A stretch of DNA of 64,000 nucleotides from Owenia fusiformis. Taxonomy: Eukaryota. Below are positions 52,835 to 64,000 of the stretch, in pieces. The stretch covers positions 7,936,001-8,000,000 of the forward strand of contig CAIIXF020000001.1 of the NCBI GenBank assembly GCA_903813345.2, given 5' to 3'. The stretch's first letter is position 1. Each line of letters starts with the position of its first letter. The notes beneath the pieces were generated by a model that was not told where the DNA came from, did no database searches, and worked only from the letters and a program-made list of their open reading frames with translations. The position numbers were made by a program, and so were the translations under genes.

Positions 52835-54686
52835 AAATACAGTACTACACAAAATACCATAATATCATAAAGAATGATTTCCTCTTGCACAGAGATTCTA
52901 CATTAAGTTAATGACTCAGATGCGAGTAGGTAGTTACCAATTTCACCACAAGGTGGCTCGTTCGGGTCAGATAGCATGGCGGGTATAGTAGAAAGTTCCT
53001 TTTTCCTTAATATTCATTTGTTTTAGTGGTTCAATTTTCATATCACCCTTATGTATCTAATGGGTATTCAAATTAAAATATGTCCAGTGTGTACTGAAGA
53101 TTTTGGTCCATGTTCAGGATGTACTGTTTCTCCTGTATATGACCCTAAGACTTCCCAAATGCACGCTAAATATGATCTAAACTTGAATTTCCTTATCTGC
53201 AGGATTACGTTCATGTGTAAATGCCATCTAGTGGCAATTACTATAAGTGATTATAATAAATGAAAATTCAGGACAGAACATGCAGTTTTATCAATAACAG
53301 TGTTTCCCTTTGAAATATGGTTAATTTAAACAATAACAAAGAACTTCATCAACTTCATCGGCGAGAAAGGTCACAGTTTAAAATTAATCTCAGAGTACAA
53401 GTTTTTTCGCAACATGCGCAGCCCTCTTATTACATTCAAATGATCCGCGCTGCATAAGCACAACTGGAAGTAGACGGAAAATGTAAGTTGTTGAACTATT
53501 TTAAACTTATAGCAACTGTTAACTATTTTATTGGTTTTATTGGTCCCAAATGTCCGGTCCCGAAATGGATAATTCCCATACCGTCCCCAAATATTTTGTC
53601 CTTTGGCATCCGTACATGGGGTCTATGTGGAATCTCCCCGAACTTGAAGTCACATTTTCAAAAAAAAAAATTTTAAAGTTGATAAACAATTTTTGAAACC
53701 ATATTTCTAGAAGTACTTTGATTTCATATATGACACCACTTTGACTGAATTTTGAATATTTAATGACGTAAATCAAGATAATATCTACTCGCATCTAGCA
53801 TATTCGAATGTGGCAATTTATGACCATAAAAGTAAAAATTTGAAAAAGTTAAATTCAAATGGCCATCATTCTGAAAATTATGAGGAATTAGCCTATAATA
53901 GAATTTAAATAAATAGTAACATGGATACAGAGAAGGTTTCAATATTTTCAATATTTAACAGTAGGAGCCAACAAAAATTTTAGTTTTCTGCATAAAAAAT
54001 TTGGTTGATATATTTACTTTGTTTTAAAAGTAAAATCATAACTTACAAATGTGAATATGAATATGACTGGAGTCGTTGAAGATCTCATTAATTTATTTTT
54101 CTCACAACATCATAATTGGGTACTAACTGCTGCAAACATTAGAGAAAATACACCTACTGGTGTTTTGCTTTAACATGAAATTATGATGTAAGAAATATTT
54201 TACAACAACAACAACATATTTTACAAAGACTTTATAAGTAAGTTTTAGCCACATTGCACCTTGAAATGAAAACCTAGAAATTATCCTAGACCCAAAGATT
54301 ATCCCCACTGACATTATGTTAAATAATGTTAATATGATTTAGTGTTTTGAGGATTACAATTTTAATACATATCACAATCTGCATGATCACAAGATCATCT
54401 AGGTGTATGCCAAACTAGATGAAAGGACCCACGGTTCTGTGCTCACATAGGGTAGAACCTGCTTTTTGTCAAATTTTATAGAGTAAACACAAAAAACTGT
54501 AATTCCCAGAGCTTTGAAATCTTCAGAGTGTTGCACATACAGCAACTACTACCACTTGTTCTACTTCAACAAAGTGTTTGATATTTACAGAAAATTTGAG
54601 TTTTTGACGTCAAAATCTGCAATTTCTTAGAAACCGGGCGAACTTAAGAAATGGCGATGATAGGTCAAACAGGCATTATGGATATG

Positions 54687-56748
54687 CAGAGCTGTCAAGT
54701 GTCCCGCGAATGGCGGGATTATCCCGCGAATTTGATCAAAATTAGGCTAATTCGCGTGTCCCGCATTGTCCCGCGAAGTCCCGCAAAATGTGGCTTTGAC
54801 CTCCGCGAATTTCCGAAATTGTTGCAATCCCCTATATTTTGATTATCTTATCTTATATAAGAAGCTAAGTTTTTGCACTTTTGAGGAGTAAAGTTTACCT
54901 AATTTTAAGTACCTAGCATGCTGTTGTTTGGTATCAAAATAAAGGGGAAGGGTTCAACTTTCATTTTAATTACGAAAATAGGGATGTAGGTCACAAATAG
55001 TTCCAACGTTGGGCTTTTTACTACCCGTGTGGCCTTCATCTCAGAACTGAGCAAATGTTAGCAAACGCGAATTACAATAAATGGACGCTGATATCTAGAA
55101 AGGGTTTGTATAAAAAACCGGGTACCGGGTAGTAAATCCTCCATGCTGGGTTCAAACTTGGTACCTGGTACCCGGTAAAAAAAAATGGGTACCCAAAAAA
55201 CGAAAAATACGAATATATAACATAATTAGATTATGAGAAAACGTGTAAGATTTGTTTTGAATTTGCAAAAATGTATGTAACATGATTCAAAATTGAGCTA
55301 GAAGCTTCAAATAAAAAGCATATTTTAAGGCACTTTTCTTCCTCTATCGTTATGGCCATATTTTCATTGGTTATGGGGGGGGGTGCGATCGCACCATCGC
55401 ACCCTCTCCTGGCTACGCCTATGACATTGTAAGACATAACAATTTACAATTCAGTGGACATTTTGTCATAAATTGGGATAACTTAAATTATGATTAATAA
55501 TCAAAATCTTACACGTTGCATCATGTAAATTAACACACGTCACCTCTCTGCTAAAGCAACGGTAGCTATTTACAGATTTAAATCATAATCAAAACAGTTC
55601 ATGTACCAACATACGAACTATTGAAAATAGAGTAAGATTGATTTGTCTTGTTTTTCAAATCGTCTTACAATGTCATTGGCGTAGCCAGGAGGGGGTGCGG
55701 CACCCCCCCCCCCTTCATTACCAATGGAAATATGACCAAGATCATAGAGGAAGAAAAGAGCCTTAAAATGCTTTTTATTTGAAGATTCTAGCTCAATTTT
55801 GAAGGAAGTTACATACATTTTTGTAAATTCAAAACAAATCTTACACGTTTTCTAATGATCTAATTATGTTGTGTATTCTTATATTTCGTTTTTTGGTTTT
55901 TTTCGACCGGGTACCAAGTTTGAACCCAGCATGGAGGATTTACTACCCGGTACCCGTTTTTTTATACAAACCCTATCTAGAAAATTAACCTCATTCCCTA
56001 TAATTTGATGTAGATTAATCGAACCCCTATATCATGGGCTTTCAATTGAAAGCCCATGCCTACAGTATATGAATAGGTACATTTTAATATATAAAATTAT
56101 GGGGGTAAGCGTTTCATAGTTGGTCACAACGCCAGAAGTGCAAAGTATTGTTCCGAATTTTTGAATTTCGTGTTAGATTACGGTAATCACACCTGAAGCA
56201 TGGTTTTTGTTTTTGATAAATTACAATTAAGTTTAATAATATTCCTATGCGTATTTTGTGAAATTGTGTTGACGTTTATTTAAGTTACAATGTAACGGTG
56301 CATTATATTTGATTAATCAGTATCTGAAAGTTTGATTTAAGTACTTCTACACGCTTTTACATTAGTCCCAATCACGCAAATCCCTTGAATGTCCCGGGAC
56401 ATCCTGCAAATTTAGGTGGATGTCCCGCGAAATCCCACAAATTTAGGGCACTTTGTCTAAAAAATCTGTCCCTCTATGAAGTTTTTGGTGGTACACCTGT
56501 TAACTGTCCCGCAATTAGGGTGTTTGTCCCTCGAATGGTCCCGCGAAATCCCGCGAATTTGATAAAAAAAATCTCCTATTAGCGCAATCACGCAAATCCC
56601 TTAAATGTCCCGCAAAATCCCGCGAATTTAGTAGATGTCCCGCAAAATCCCGTGAATTTAGTAGATGTCCCGCAAAATCCCGCGAATTTTGGGCACTGGG
56701 TCTAAAAAATCTGTCCCTCGAGAAAATCTTTAGGGGTTGACAGTACTG
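54687..56748. mobile_element. Non-autonomous DNA transposon with 6-bp TSD nested in a satellite monomer
   Basis: cagagctgtcaa / ttgacagtactg TIR; GATATG duplicated (sister monomers read ttatggatatgcataa); TCCCGC subterminal repeats at both ends. Confidence 0.88.
55101..55974. mobile_element. Foldback hAT-like MITE with 8-bp TSD nested in the previous element
   Basis: agggtttgtataaaaaa... / ...ttttatacaaaccct with ~300-bp inverted arms; ATCTAGAA on both sides. Confidence 0.88.
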
Positions 56749-58221
56749 GATATGCATAAAATGAATGTGAATATGACTCAATATGAATAGCAGTTTTAAT
56801 TTGTGCAGCCAATGATGATTGACTTTATACATGAGAAAGTTCCCTGAAAAGGAGTCCTACTTTTTGTCAAAATTATAGAGTAAACACCAAAAACTGTAAT
56901 TCCCAGAGCTTTGAAATTTTCAGAGGATATATGTTGCACATACAGCAACTACTACCACTTTTTTGAAAGTGCTACTTCAACAAAGTGTCTGATATTTACA
57001 GAAAATTTGACTTTTTGACGTCAAAATCGGCCATTTCTTGGAAACCGGGCGAACTTGAGAAATGGCGATGATAGGTCAAACAGGCATTATGGATATGCAT
57101 AAAATGAATGTGAATATGACTCAATATGAATAGCAGTTTTAATTTGTGCAGCCAATGATGATTGACTTTATACATGAGAAAGTTCCCTGAAAATGAGTCC
57201 TACTTTTTGTCAAAATTATAGAGTAAACACCAAAAACTGTAATTCCCAGAGCTTTGAAATTTTCAGAGGATATATGTTGCACATACAGCAACTACTACCA
57301 CTTTATTGAAAGTGCTACTTCAACAAAGTGTCTGATATTTACAGAAAATTTGACTTTTTGACGTCAAAATCTGCCATTTCTTGGAAACCGGGCGAACTTG
57401 AAAAATGGCGATGATAGGTCAAACAGGCATTATGGATATGCATAAAATGAATGTGAATATGACTCAATACGAATAGCAGTTTTAATTTGAGCAGCCAATG
57501 ATGATTGACTTTATACATGAGAAAGTTCCCTAAAAATGAGTTCTTCTTTTTGTCAAATTTTATAGAGTAAACACCAAAAACTGTAATTCCCAGAGCTTTG
57601 AAATCTTCAGAGGACATATGTTGCACATACAGCAATTACTGCCACTTATTTGAAAGTTCTACTCCAACAAAGTGTCTGATATTTACAGAAAATTTGACTT
57701 TTTGACGTCAAAAACGGCAATTTCTCGGAAACCGGGCGAACTTGAGAAATGGCGATGATTGACTTTATACATGAGAAAGTTAACTGAAAATGAGTCCTAT
57801 TCTTTGTCAAATTTTATAGAGTAAACACCAAAAACTGTAATTTCAAGAGTTTTGAAATCTTCAGAGAACATAAATTGCATATACAGCAACTACTACAAGT
57901 TATTTGAAAGTTCTACTTCAACAAAGTGTCTAGTATTTACAGAAAATTTGACTTTTTGACGTCAAAATCAGCAATTTCTCGGAAACAGGGCGAACTTGGG
58001 AAATGGCGATGATAGTTCCAATAGGCATTATGGATATGCATAAAATGAATGTGGATATGACTCAATCCGAATAGCAGTTTTAATTTGCGCGGCCAATGTT
58101 GACGGATGGACCAACGGATGGACGGACCAACAGACGGACCAACAGACGGGCCAATGGACGGACCAACGGACAGACAGACGGACGCCTGGTCGATCCTATA
58201 GGCTCACTGTGTGAGCCAAAA

Positions 58222-59093
58222 AACAGCAACTCCATGGAGTAGCAAATCCCACAGAACAAAACATGTTTTGATAAATAGCGGCCATACAAAATTTGAGGCA
58301 AATCCATCCACTGGTATTTGAGCTATCAAAGATTATGTTTTTATGAAACATGTTTGCCATTTTGAAATTTAGCTTTCATCTTTAGATTTCTTTTTAAGCA
58401 GAGCTCCTATGTCCCAAGCAATCGATATATAAAATTTAATCCAAATCTGTCAACAGGTACTTGAGTTATCAAGGATTACATGTTTAAAGAAAAATGGCTG
58501 AGATTTTCAAAAATAGCAGCCACCTCTCAAGCAGAGCTCCCATACCTCTAGGCATCAGTATATAAAATTTGAAGTACATCTATCCACTGGTATTTGAGTT
58601 ATCAAAAATTACCTTTTTATGAAAAATGGCAGCCATTTTGAAATTCAGCTGACGGCTTTGAGATTTCTTCTGAAGCAGATCTCCCTTTTCAATGGAATTT
58701 GAATTATCAAAGATAATGTTTTTTTATGAAAAATGGTGGCCATTTTGAAATATAGTGGCCATCTTGAAAATGCCTTCTTGATCAAGGCTCCTTTGTACCC
58801 AGGCAACAGCATATAAAATTTGAACCAAATCCATCCATTAGTATTGGAGTTATCAAAGATTATATTTTTTGTGGAAAATGGTCGCCATTTTTTAATTAAG
58901 CGGCCACATTGAAAATTCCTTCTTGAGCAGAGGTCGTACCCCCATAAGGCATAAACTTATAAAATTTTAATCAAATCCGTCAACTGGTGTTTGAGTTATT
59001 TCCCGGACAGACGGACGAACGTACGGACTGATGGCAGACGAATAGACGGGCAGCTTTCCTATATCCCCCTCGAACTTTGTTCGGTGGGATAAT
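58222..59093 (+). mobile_element. HINE-like family 3 relative directly abutting the family 2 element
   Basis: atcccacagaac / gttcggtgggat subterminal IR; degenerate ~125-bp repeats with aaaatggc..ccatttt; GGAC tract. Confidence 0.75.
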
Positions 59094-60239
59094 AAGTTTT
59101 ACATTAATATGATTGGAAATATTTGATAAATCAAGAAATTTAGTGACTTGAAGGTTTTTTCCATTGTGAATACTTGAATATACATGTAGTTCTAACAACA
59201 CAAGAGCTGCCATCTATTTATCAGTACATATAGCAACTGGTCAACTGGGTCCTCAATACAGCAAACTGTGTCCTGAGAAAATTTATACACCCACTGATGT
59301 TTTGCTTCATTGAAATTATGATGTAAGAAATATTTTAAAACACAAAGGAGGGGGAGATGTTTGTAGAATGAATCGGGCGACTTTTTCATGCATTTTGCTA
59401 ATGTTTTTCATCCAAAAAACATCAATACATTTTAAAACATTTTATTGACTATAAGATTGCTCCATATAATCTTCAAAAATACTTCTCATTTTCAAGGATT
59501 ATTTATGGATTATCACACACGTATTTTCATTTTTCAATCTTCAAAGGACTTGGAATCATTGATCATATTCGCTTTTGAATATGCTGTTTAAAATAGGTTT
59601 CATGTATGCCAATAATTTCTCAAATTGTGTAAATGGTCCACATTCCTTAATCCCTAGAATTTTCTCTTTGAGGAATTTCCCAAAGTAATCCAATGGTACA
59701 GTTCCAAGCAGATTTTGAAAGTAAATCTTTAATGCACACCTTTTGGGTTGCGATATCAACCAAACAACCCAATATGGTGTGTATTAAAAATTGGTGGCCA
59801 TTTCGAATATATCTTGAAAAGTCATGCACAGCTCTTTGTCTAAAGGGCATTGGCATATAAAATCTGAAGCAAAAAAAAGTATTTGAGTTTCCAAAAAGAA
59901 TTTTTAAATAATGGCGGCCATTTTGAAATCAGTGGTCAATTTGGTTCTTAAGCAGAGTCCTATGTCTTGAGGGCATCAGTATATAAAATGGGAACCAAAA
60001 TCCGTTGACATGTATTTGAGTTTTCAACAGGGGGGAATAACCCCAGGATTCAATGAGGACATACGCTGTAATGTAAATCTGTATTGAGAAGACATATCGT
60101 CACTGACTGGTCAAATCGACAGACAAACAATGATTAGGTTCCATAAATGTGAATAATATTAGAGCCTTTATAGGTTGGAACATCAATATTTGAAAGGAGT
60201 CAGAGCATGAGATTTTATGAAATATCAAGAATTTCATAC

Positions 60240-61440
60240 AATTTATGAACATAATGCCCAACAGTAAGAATGATGATGAGGTTAATCCAATTTCTGTTTT
60301 TGGTTTACTGGGGTTTTTGGTTGGGTAAATCTCCCTGTTTCTATTGCTAAAGGAAGTATACCAGTTCTTAACTGAGCTATTAAAGAGCGTTCACCCCTTG
60401 TCAATGATGATGTAAGTAAATATTGTTCTATTGGACAGTCATGTTTCAAAGTTAGGTAAGTCCTCAATTTGGGTTGTGATTCAATGTCTATACATAATTT
60501 TTCTTGTAATTTTAATTTTAGTTTTCTCTTAACAATGCTGATATTAACATATTGTTTCTGGTTATAATAATCATTCATCCCTAACTCATTGAAAATTGAT
60601 TTTATATCTAAACAATATCATTAGGTTGATTATAGTCATTATTCCATAATACTACTGTTTTCCCAGGGCATTATGAAGGAATAAAAATTGTATTGAATCG
60701 TATTCCATGAAAAATCGTATTGTCAACGGGAAAAAAATCGTATTGGAGCGTATTACATGAAAAAATCGTATTGTCCCCAGGAAAAATCGTATTGGAGCGT
60801 ATTAACCTATTTTTGGTTTCCCGTTTTTTTTTAATATTACATGTTTATTATGGAATAAATGGGTTATTTCTGGTCGGGATTGAATATGGGTTTTATTTCT
60901 CGAAAAATATGATATTGACCTTGGGCGGAAAATATGATACTGACCTTGGGCAATATCATATTGACACTCGGTCGCTGCGCTCCCTCGGTCAATATCATAT
61001 TACCCTTCGGTCAATATCACATTGTCCCTCGGAATAAATCCCATATTCAATCCCTCCCAGTAAATAACCTATATATATTAAATATTTTTTGGGTGAGTCT
61101 ATTATTTTCCATGAATGTGAATCTATTCCATAGACGCACAATATCTAGTGTTCTAGTGTCTTTCGGGGTAAGCCAGCCAGAATCGCTATATAGAGCAGGA
61201 ATTGAAGCATATCTATGAACGCCCATAAATGCACGTATGGCGCATTGGTGAATATTGTCACATTTTTTATAAGGTTTCGCTCCCCAAATCCCAGCACTAT
61301 AGTTCATAATGGGTAATACACATGCGTCAAACAGTTTGCTGAATGTCTGGAATGATAGTCCTTCGTGTGATCTGAATTTAGAAATAAGACCACCAAGTCC
61401 CCTGCTTGCTGCTGAGCTCAGATGTTCTGCTGTAAATGTA
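60240..61440 (-). pseudogene. Non-LTR retrotransposon ORF2 C-terminal remnant (RTEX/CR1-like), split by an insertion
   Basis: FSKLFDACVLPIMNYSAGIWG...AIRAFMGV...IVRLWNR...TQKIFN, then KSIFNELG...PKLRTY...IAQLRTGILPLAIETGRF. Confidence 0.8.
60639..61078. mobile_element. Double-hairpin non-autonomous element inserted in the LINE remnant
   Basis: gggattgaatatggg / cccatattcaatccc arms around ctcggtcgctgcgctccctcgg; ttattccataa / ttatggaataa arms around aaaaatcgtattg repeats. Confidence 0.7.
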
Positions 61441-61444
61441 TAGT

Positions 61445-62454
61445 TATATGGTTATAGTATTCACATACCAAATATGAGTTATAGTAAAAAACGTAAAAAT
61501 GGTGGCCATTTTGAAAAATGGCCGTCTTCTACCAAAAATTATCATTAGACAGTATGCCATGCTTATAGTATTCACATACCAAATATGAACAAAATCAATC
61601 TCACAACTTTATGAGTTATAGTAAAAGCGTTAAAATTTTCAAAAGTGTCATTAGACAATGTGCCATGCTTAGGGGAGGCATCAAAAGTTTGATGTCGGAT
61701 CGGAAACTAAATAAATCTAGTTTTGATTCTGACCCCCCCTCCCCCCAAAACTAAATACCATGAAAGTTGATATCGGACTTCCGGTTTGAGAATTTGAAAA
61801 ATTATTGCTACATGTAAACACAATCTAGTTTTTGTTAATCCTATTGTAATTTGAGGCTTTTAACAACTATAATAGAACAGAATCCATTGGAATGATCTTG
61901 ATGAAGAAAGCATCAGGCATCCTGAGTCGAAATTGCCAAAAATTTGAAATGTTGAAATTTGTCAGATAGCAAACTGAAACTCCCTCCCACCTAACTAGAT
62001 TTATTTAGTTTTCTATCCGACATTGAACTTTTGATGCCTCACCTTATAGTTTTCACATACCAAATTATGAACAAAATCAATCCCTTAATACTTTTAAAGT
62101 TACAGCAAAAATCGTAAAATAGCGTGTAAAGGTTGCCATTTTTTAAGATGGGTACCATGTGCTTCTTCGTTATCTATATTTCTAGCTTTATTAATGTTCC
62201 ATACAATGTTTTACATTTAAAACATATTGCTATTACAGTTTTACATATCGTACCTAAATTACTGTAAAATTGGCACTAAAATGGCCCCCATTTTTAAATA
62301 AGTGGCCATTTTGAAAATCGGCTTTCGAGCAGAACTTCTTCCCTCATAGGGTATACGTGTACAAAATATGAACAAAATCTTGCCAATGGTATTTGAGTTA
62401 TTGCCCGGATGGAGGCGTTTCCTATATCCCTCAGAACTTCGTTCGATGGGATAA
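61445..62454 (+). mobile_element. HINE-like family 3 copy (5' truncated)
   Basis: Colinear with 51700-52834, including the cctatatccc...gaacttcgttcgatgggataa end. Confidence 0.8.
61672..62043. mobile_element. PIF/Harbinger-type MITE with TTA TSD
   Basis: ggggaggcatcaaaagtt / aacttttgatgcctcacc; interrupts gccatgc-tta-tagt of the host repeat. Confidence 0.88.
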
Positions 62455-62703
62455 CAAGTCCACAGCTTATTACCTTGAACATCTGTGGTTAAAAAAATGT
62501 TCAATTTCATTAGTTTCCTGGACCACCTGTACTCGTTAACAGAGACATACCTTATTACATCCTTATATCAACCTGTTTGAAATTATGTAAAAACATAAAT
62601 ATTGTATAACCCACTAACATTTGCTTTTTATACAAATAAAGAGACGGCAAAACTAGTTAAAGCCTGTTATGTTTTTTAAGAAAATGATAAAACAGAATGG
62701 GTT

Positions 62704-62822
62704 TCAGTTTACACTGAACCAACGCGATGGGTGAAATTCCACAAACTTCTTAAGCAAAAACGCAGCGACATTCATAACCTCGATGGCGTTGTTATACTTT
62801 TAATAGATTTTCTGAGGTAAGT
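62704..62822 (+). promoter_or_regulatory. Candidate TSS and non-coding first exon of the second DIRAS paralog
   Basis: Inr-like TCAGTT at 62704, local CpG enrichment, consensus donor GAG|GTAAGT at 62816/62817. Confidence 0.4.
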
Positions 62823-63703
62823 GTAAATTTAATTTTTTGTGATAATATAGTCATGCGTTACCATATCACATGTTTCATGAACAACAAGGTACATTGAAAC
62901 ATGTAAAGTTAAACACATTCAGAAGTGTAACATCTCTGTTAGTGGAAGACTTCAGAGTACCAAGACAAACTGACTTCATGTTAAATAGCCTCTATAGAAC
63001 CTCAATACCACTGAAACCTGCAAAGTGGAAAATCTCAGAAATGGAACACTTTCTAGAGCTAACCAAAGGTGTTCCACTTAGACAGGTTTCACTGTAAGTG
63101 GATTGTTGTTTAAGTTGATAGGTCTAGTGAAATATTGAAATGTCATTTTCGTATTTTGCTACAATCTATATAATTATCACAATTATCACTATAATCTGCG
63201 CTGTCTATGACAAATAATTTTGATTGGTCAACAGTGTGTATGATATAACAATTTTTTATTTTTTGGACAATATTTCTGATATAAAATAAAAAAAGTAGTC
63301 TTCATATTTTACTTCAGTATAAGACAGCATCAGATACCTATCTAAGCATATAACAGACTCCAAATTGGTGGATAAGGCAAAGGTAAGACAAATAAAATTA
63401 ATTAAAAAAAAACACAATATACAATATATATAATTTACAATAATGCCATTTTTGAATTTAAAGCAGATGACATTTAATATTAAGAGTTGTAATGGAAAAT
63501 CACTTCAATGACATTGTTAAACCAAATTCAAAAAATGATTAAACTTAAAAGGTGAAAGTTTAATTGTTGTTTTATTTTCAAACAACAGGCCTATTTAAAA
63601 GTATTTCTTGGTAAAGTGCCTAATAGCTTAGACTGTATGAAACTTACTTACTTTTTTGTTTCCTTTGGCAGACTTTGGCATAGTTTGAGTAATAATTCTC
63701 AAG

Positions 63704-64000
63704 ATGCGCCCTGTAAAAGATAATAGGGACTACAGAATGGCTGTCTTTGGAGCAAGTAACGTTGGCAAAAGTTCGCTTCTTCTTCGCTTTATTGAAGGCA
63801 GATTCCGGGAAACGTACATTCCAACGATCGAAGACGTGTATCGTAAAACAATTTGCTGCAATGAAGGAGGTTGCTCAATGTTAATAACAGATACAACAGG
63901 CGCGTATCAATTTCCTGCTATGCAAAGACTCTGGATGACAAAAGGACATGCCTTCATATTTGTTTTCTCCGTCATTAGAAAACAATCATTAGAAGAGCTT
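63704..64000 (+). CDS. Divergent Di-Ras-like GTPase paralog, partial (runs off the window end)
   Basis: Open frame [99 protein letters not shown]; splice acceptor tttcctttggcAG at 63670-63671. Confidence 0.92.
   Translation, partial: MRPVKDNRDYRMAVFGASNVGKSSLLLRFIEGRFRETYIPTIEDVYRKTICCNEGGCSMLITDTTGAYQFPAMQRLWMTKGHAFIFVFSVIRKQSLEEL

Larger units (their letters stand above)
54413..58217 (+). mobile_element. HINE-like family 2 element with ~343-bp tandem array and nested insertions
   Basis: 5' gctcacatag / 3' ctgtgtgagc subterminal IR; gacgtcaaaa at 57017, 57360 and 57704; GGAC/CAAC tract ~58100-58185; terminal hairpin ggctcac-tgt-gtgagcc. Confidence 0.85.

Noticed and set aside
56385-57635. 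ORFs with repeated SRDFAG or shared MYKVNHHW sequence
   Set aside because: Translations of TCCCGC subterminal repeats and of the 343-bp satellite.

Overview
AT-rich animal genomic DNA, probably an invertebrate (the repeat families suggest a mollusc or other lophotrochozoan; this is inference). It contains two host genes: a complete Di-Ras (DIRAS) small GTPase with a single coding exon (48762-49358), and a divergent tandem paralog (63704 to the window end) that the ORF track missed and that has S/N at the Ras G12/G13 positions. The rest is largely mobile DNA. (i) A full-length Ngaro-type tyrosine-recombinase retrotransposon (1920-8753) with apparently identical split direct repeats, decayed gag/RT-RNaseH/YR, a decayed SGNH hydrolase upstream of gag and a palindromic reconstituted target site. 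(ii) Two miniature LTR elements whose LTRs carry a tRNA-like Pol III cassette (Helenus-type TRIM). (iii) Three families of Helentron/HINE-like elements, two with regular 162-bp and ~343-bp satellite arrays. (iv) Many MITEs with 3-8 bp target-site duplications, some nested three deep. (v) Tc1 and LINE remnants. Most short ORFs in the supplied track are spurious. Coordinates were read by eye, so the ends of decayed elements are approximate.
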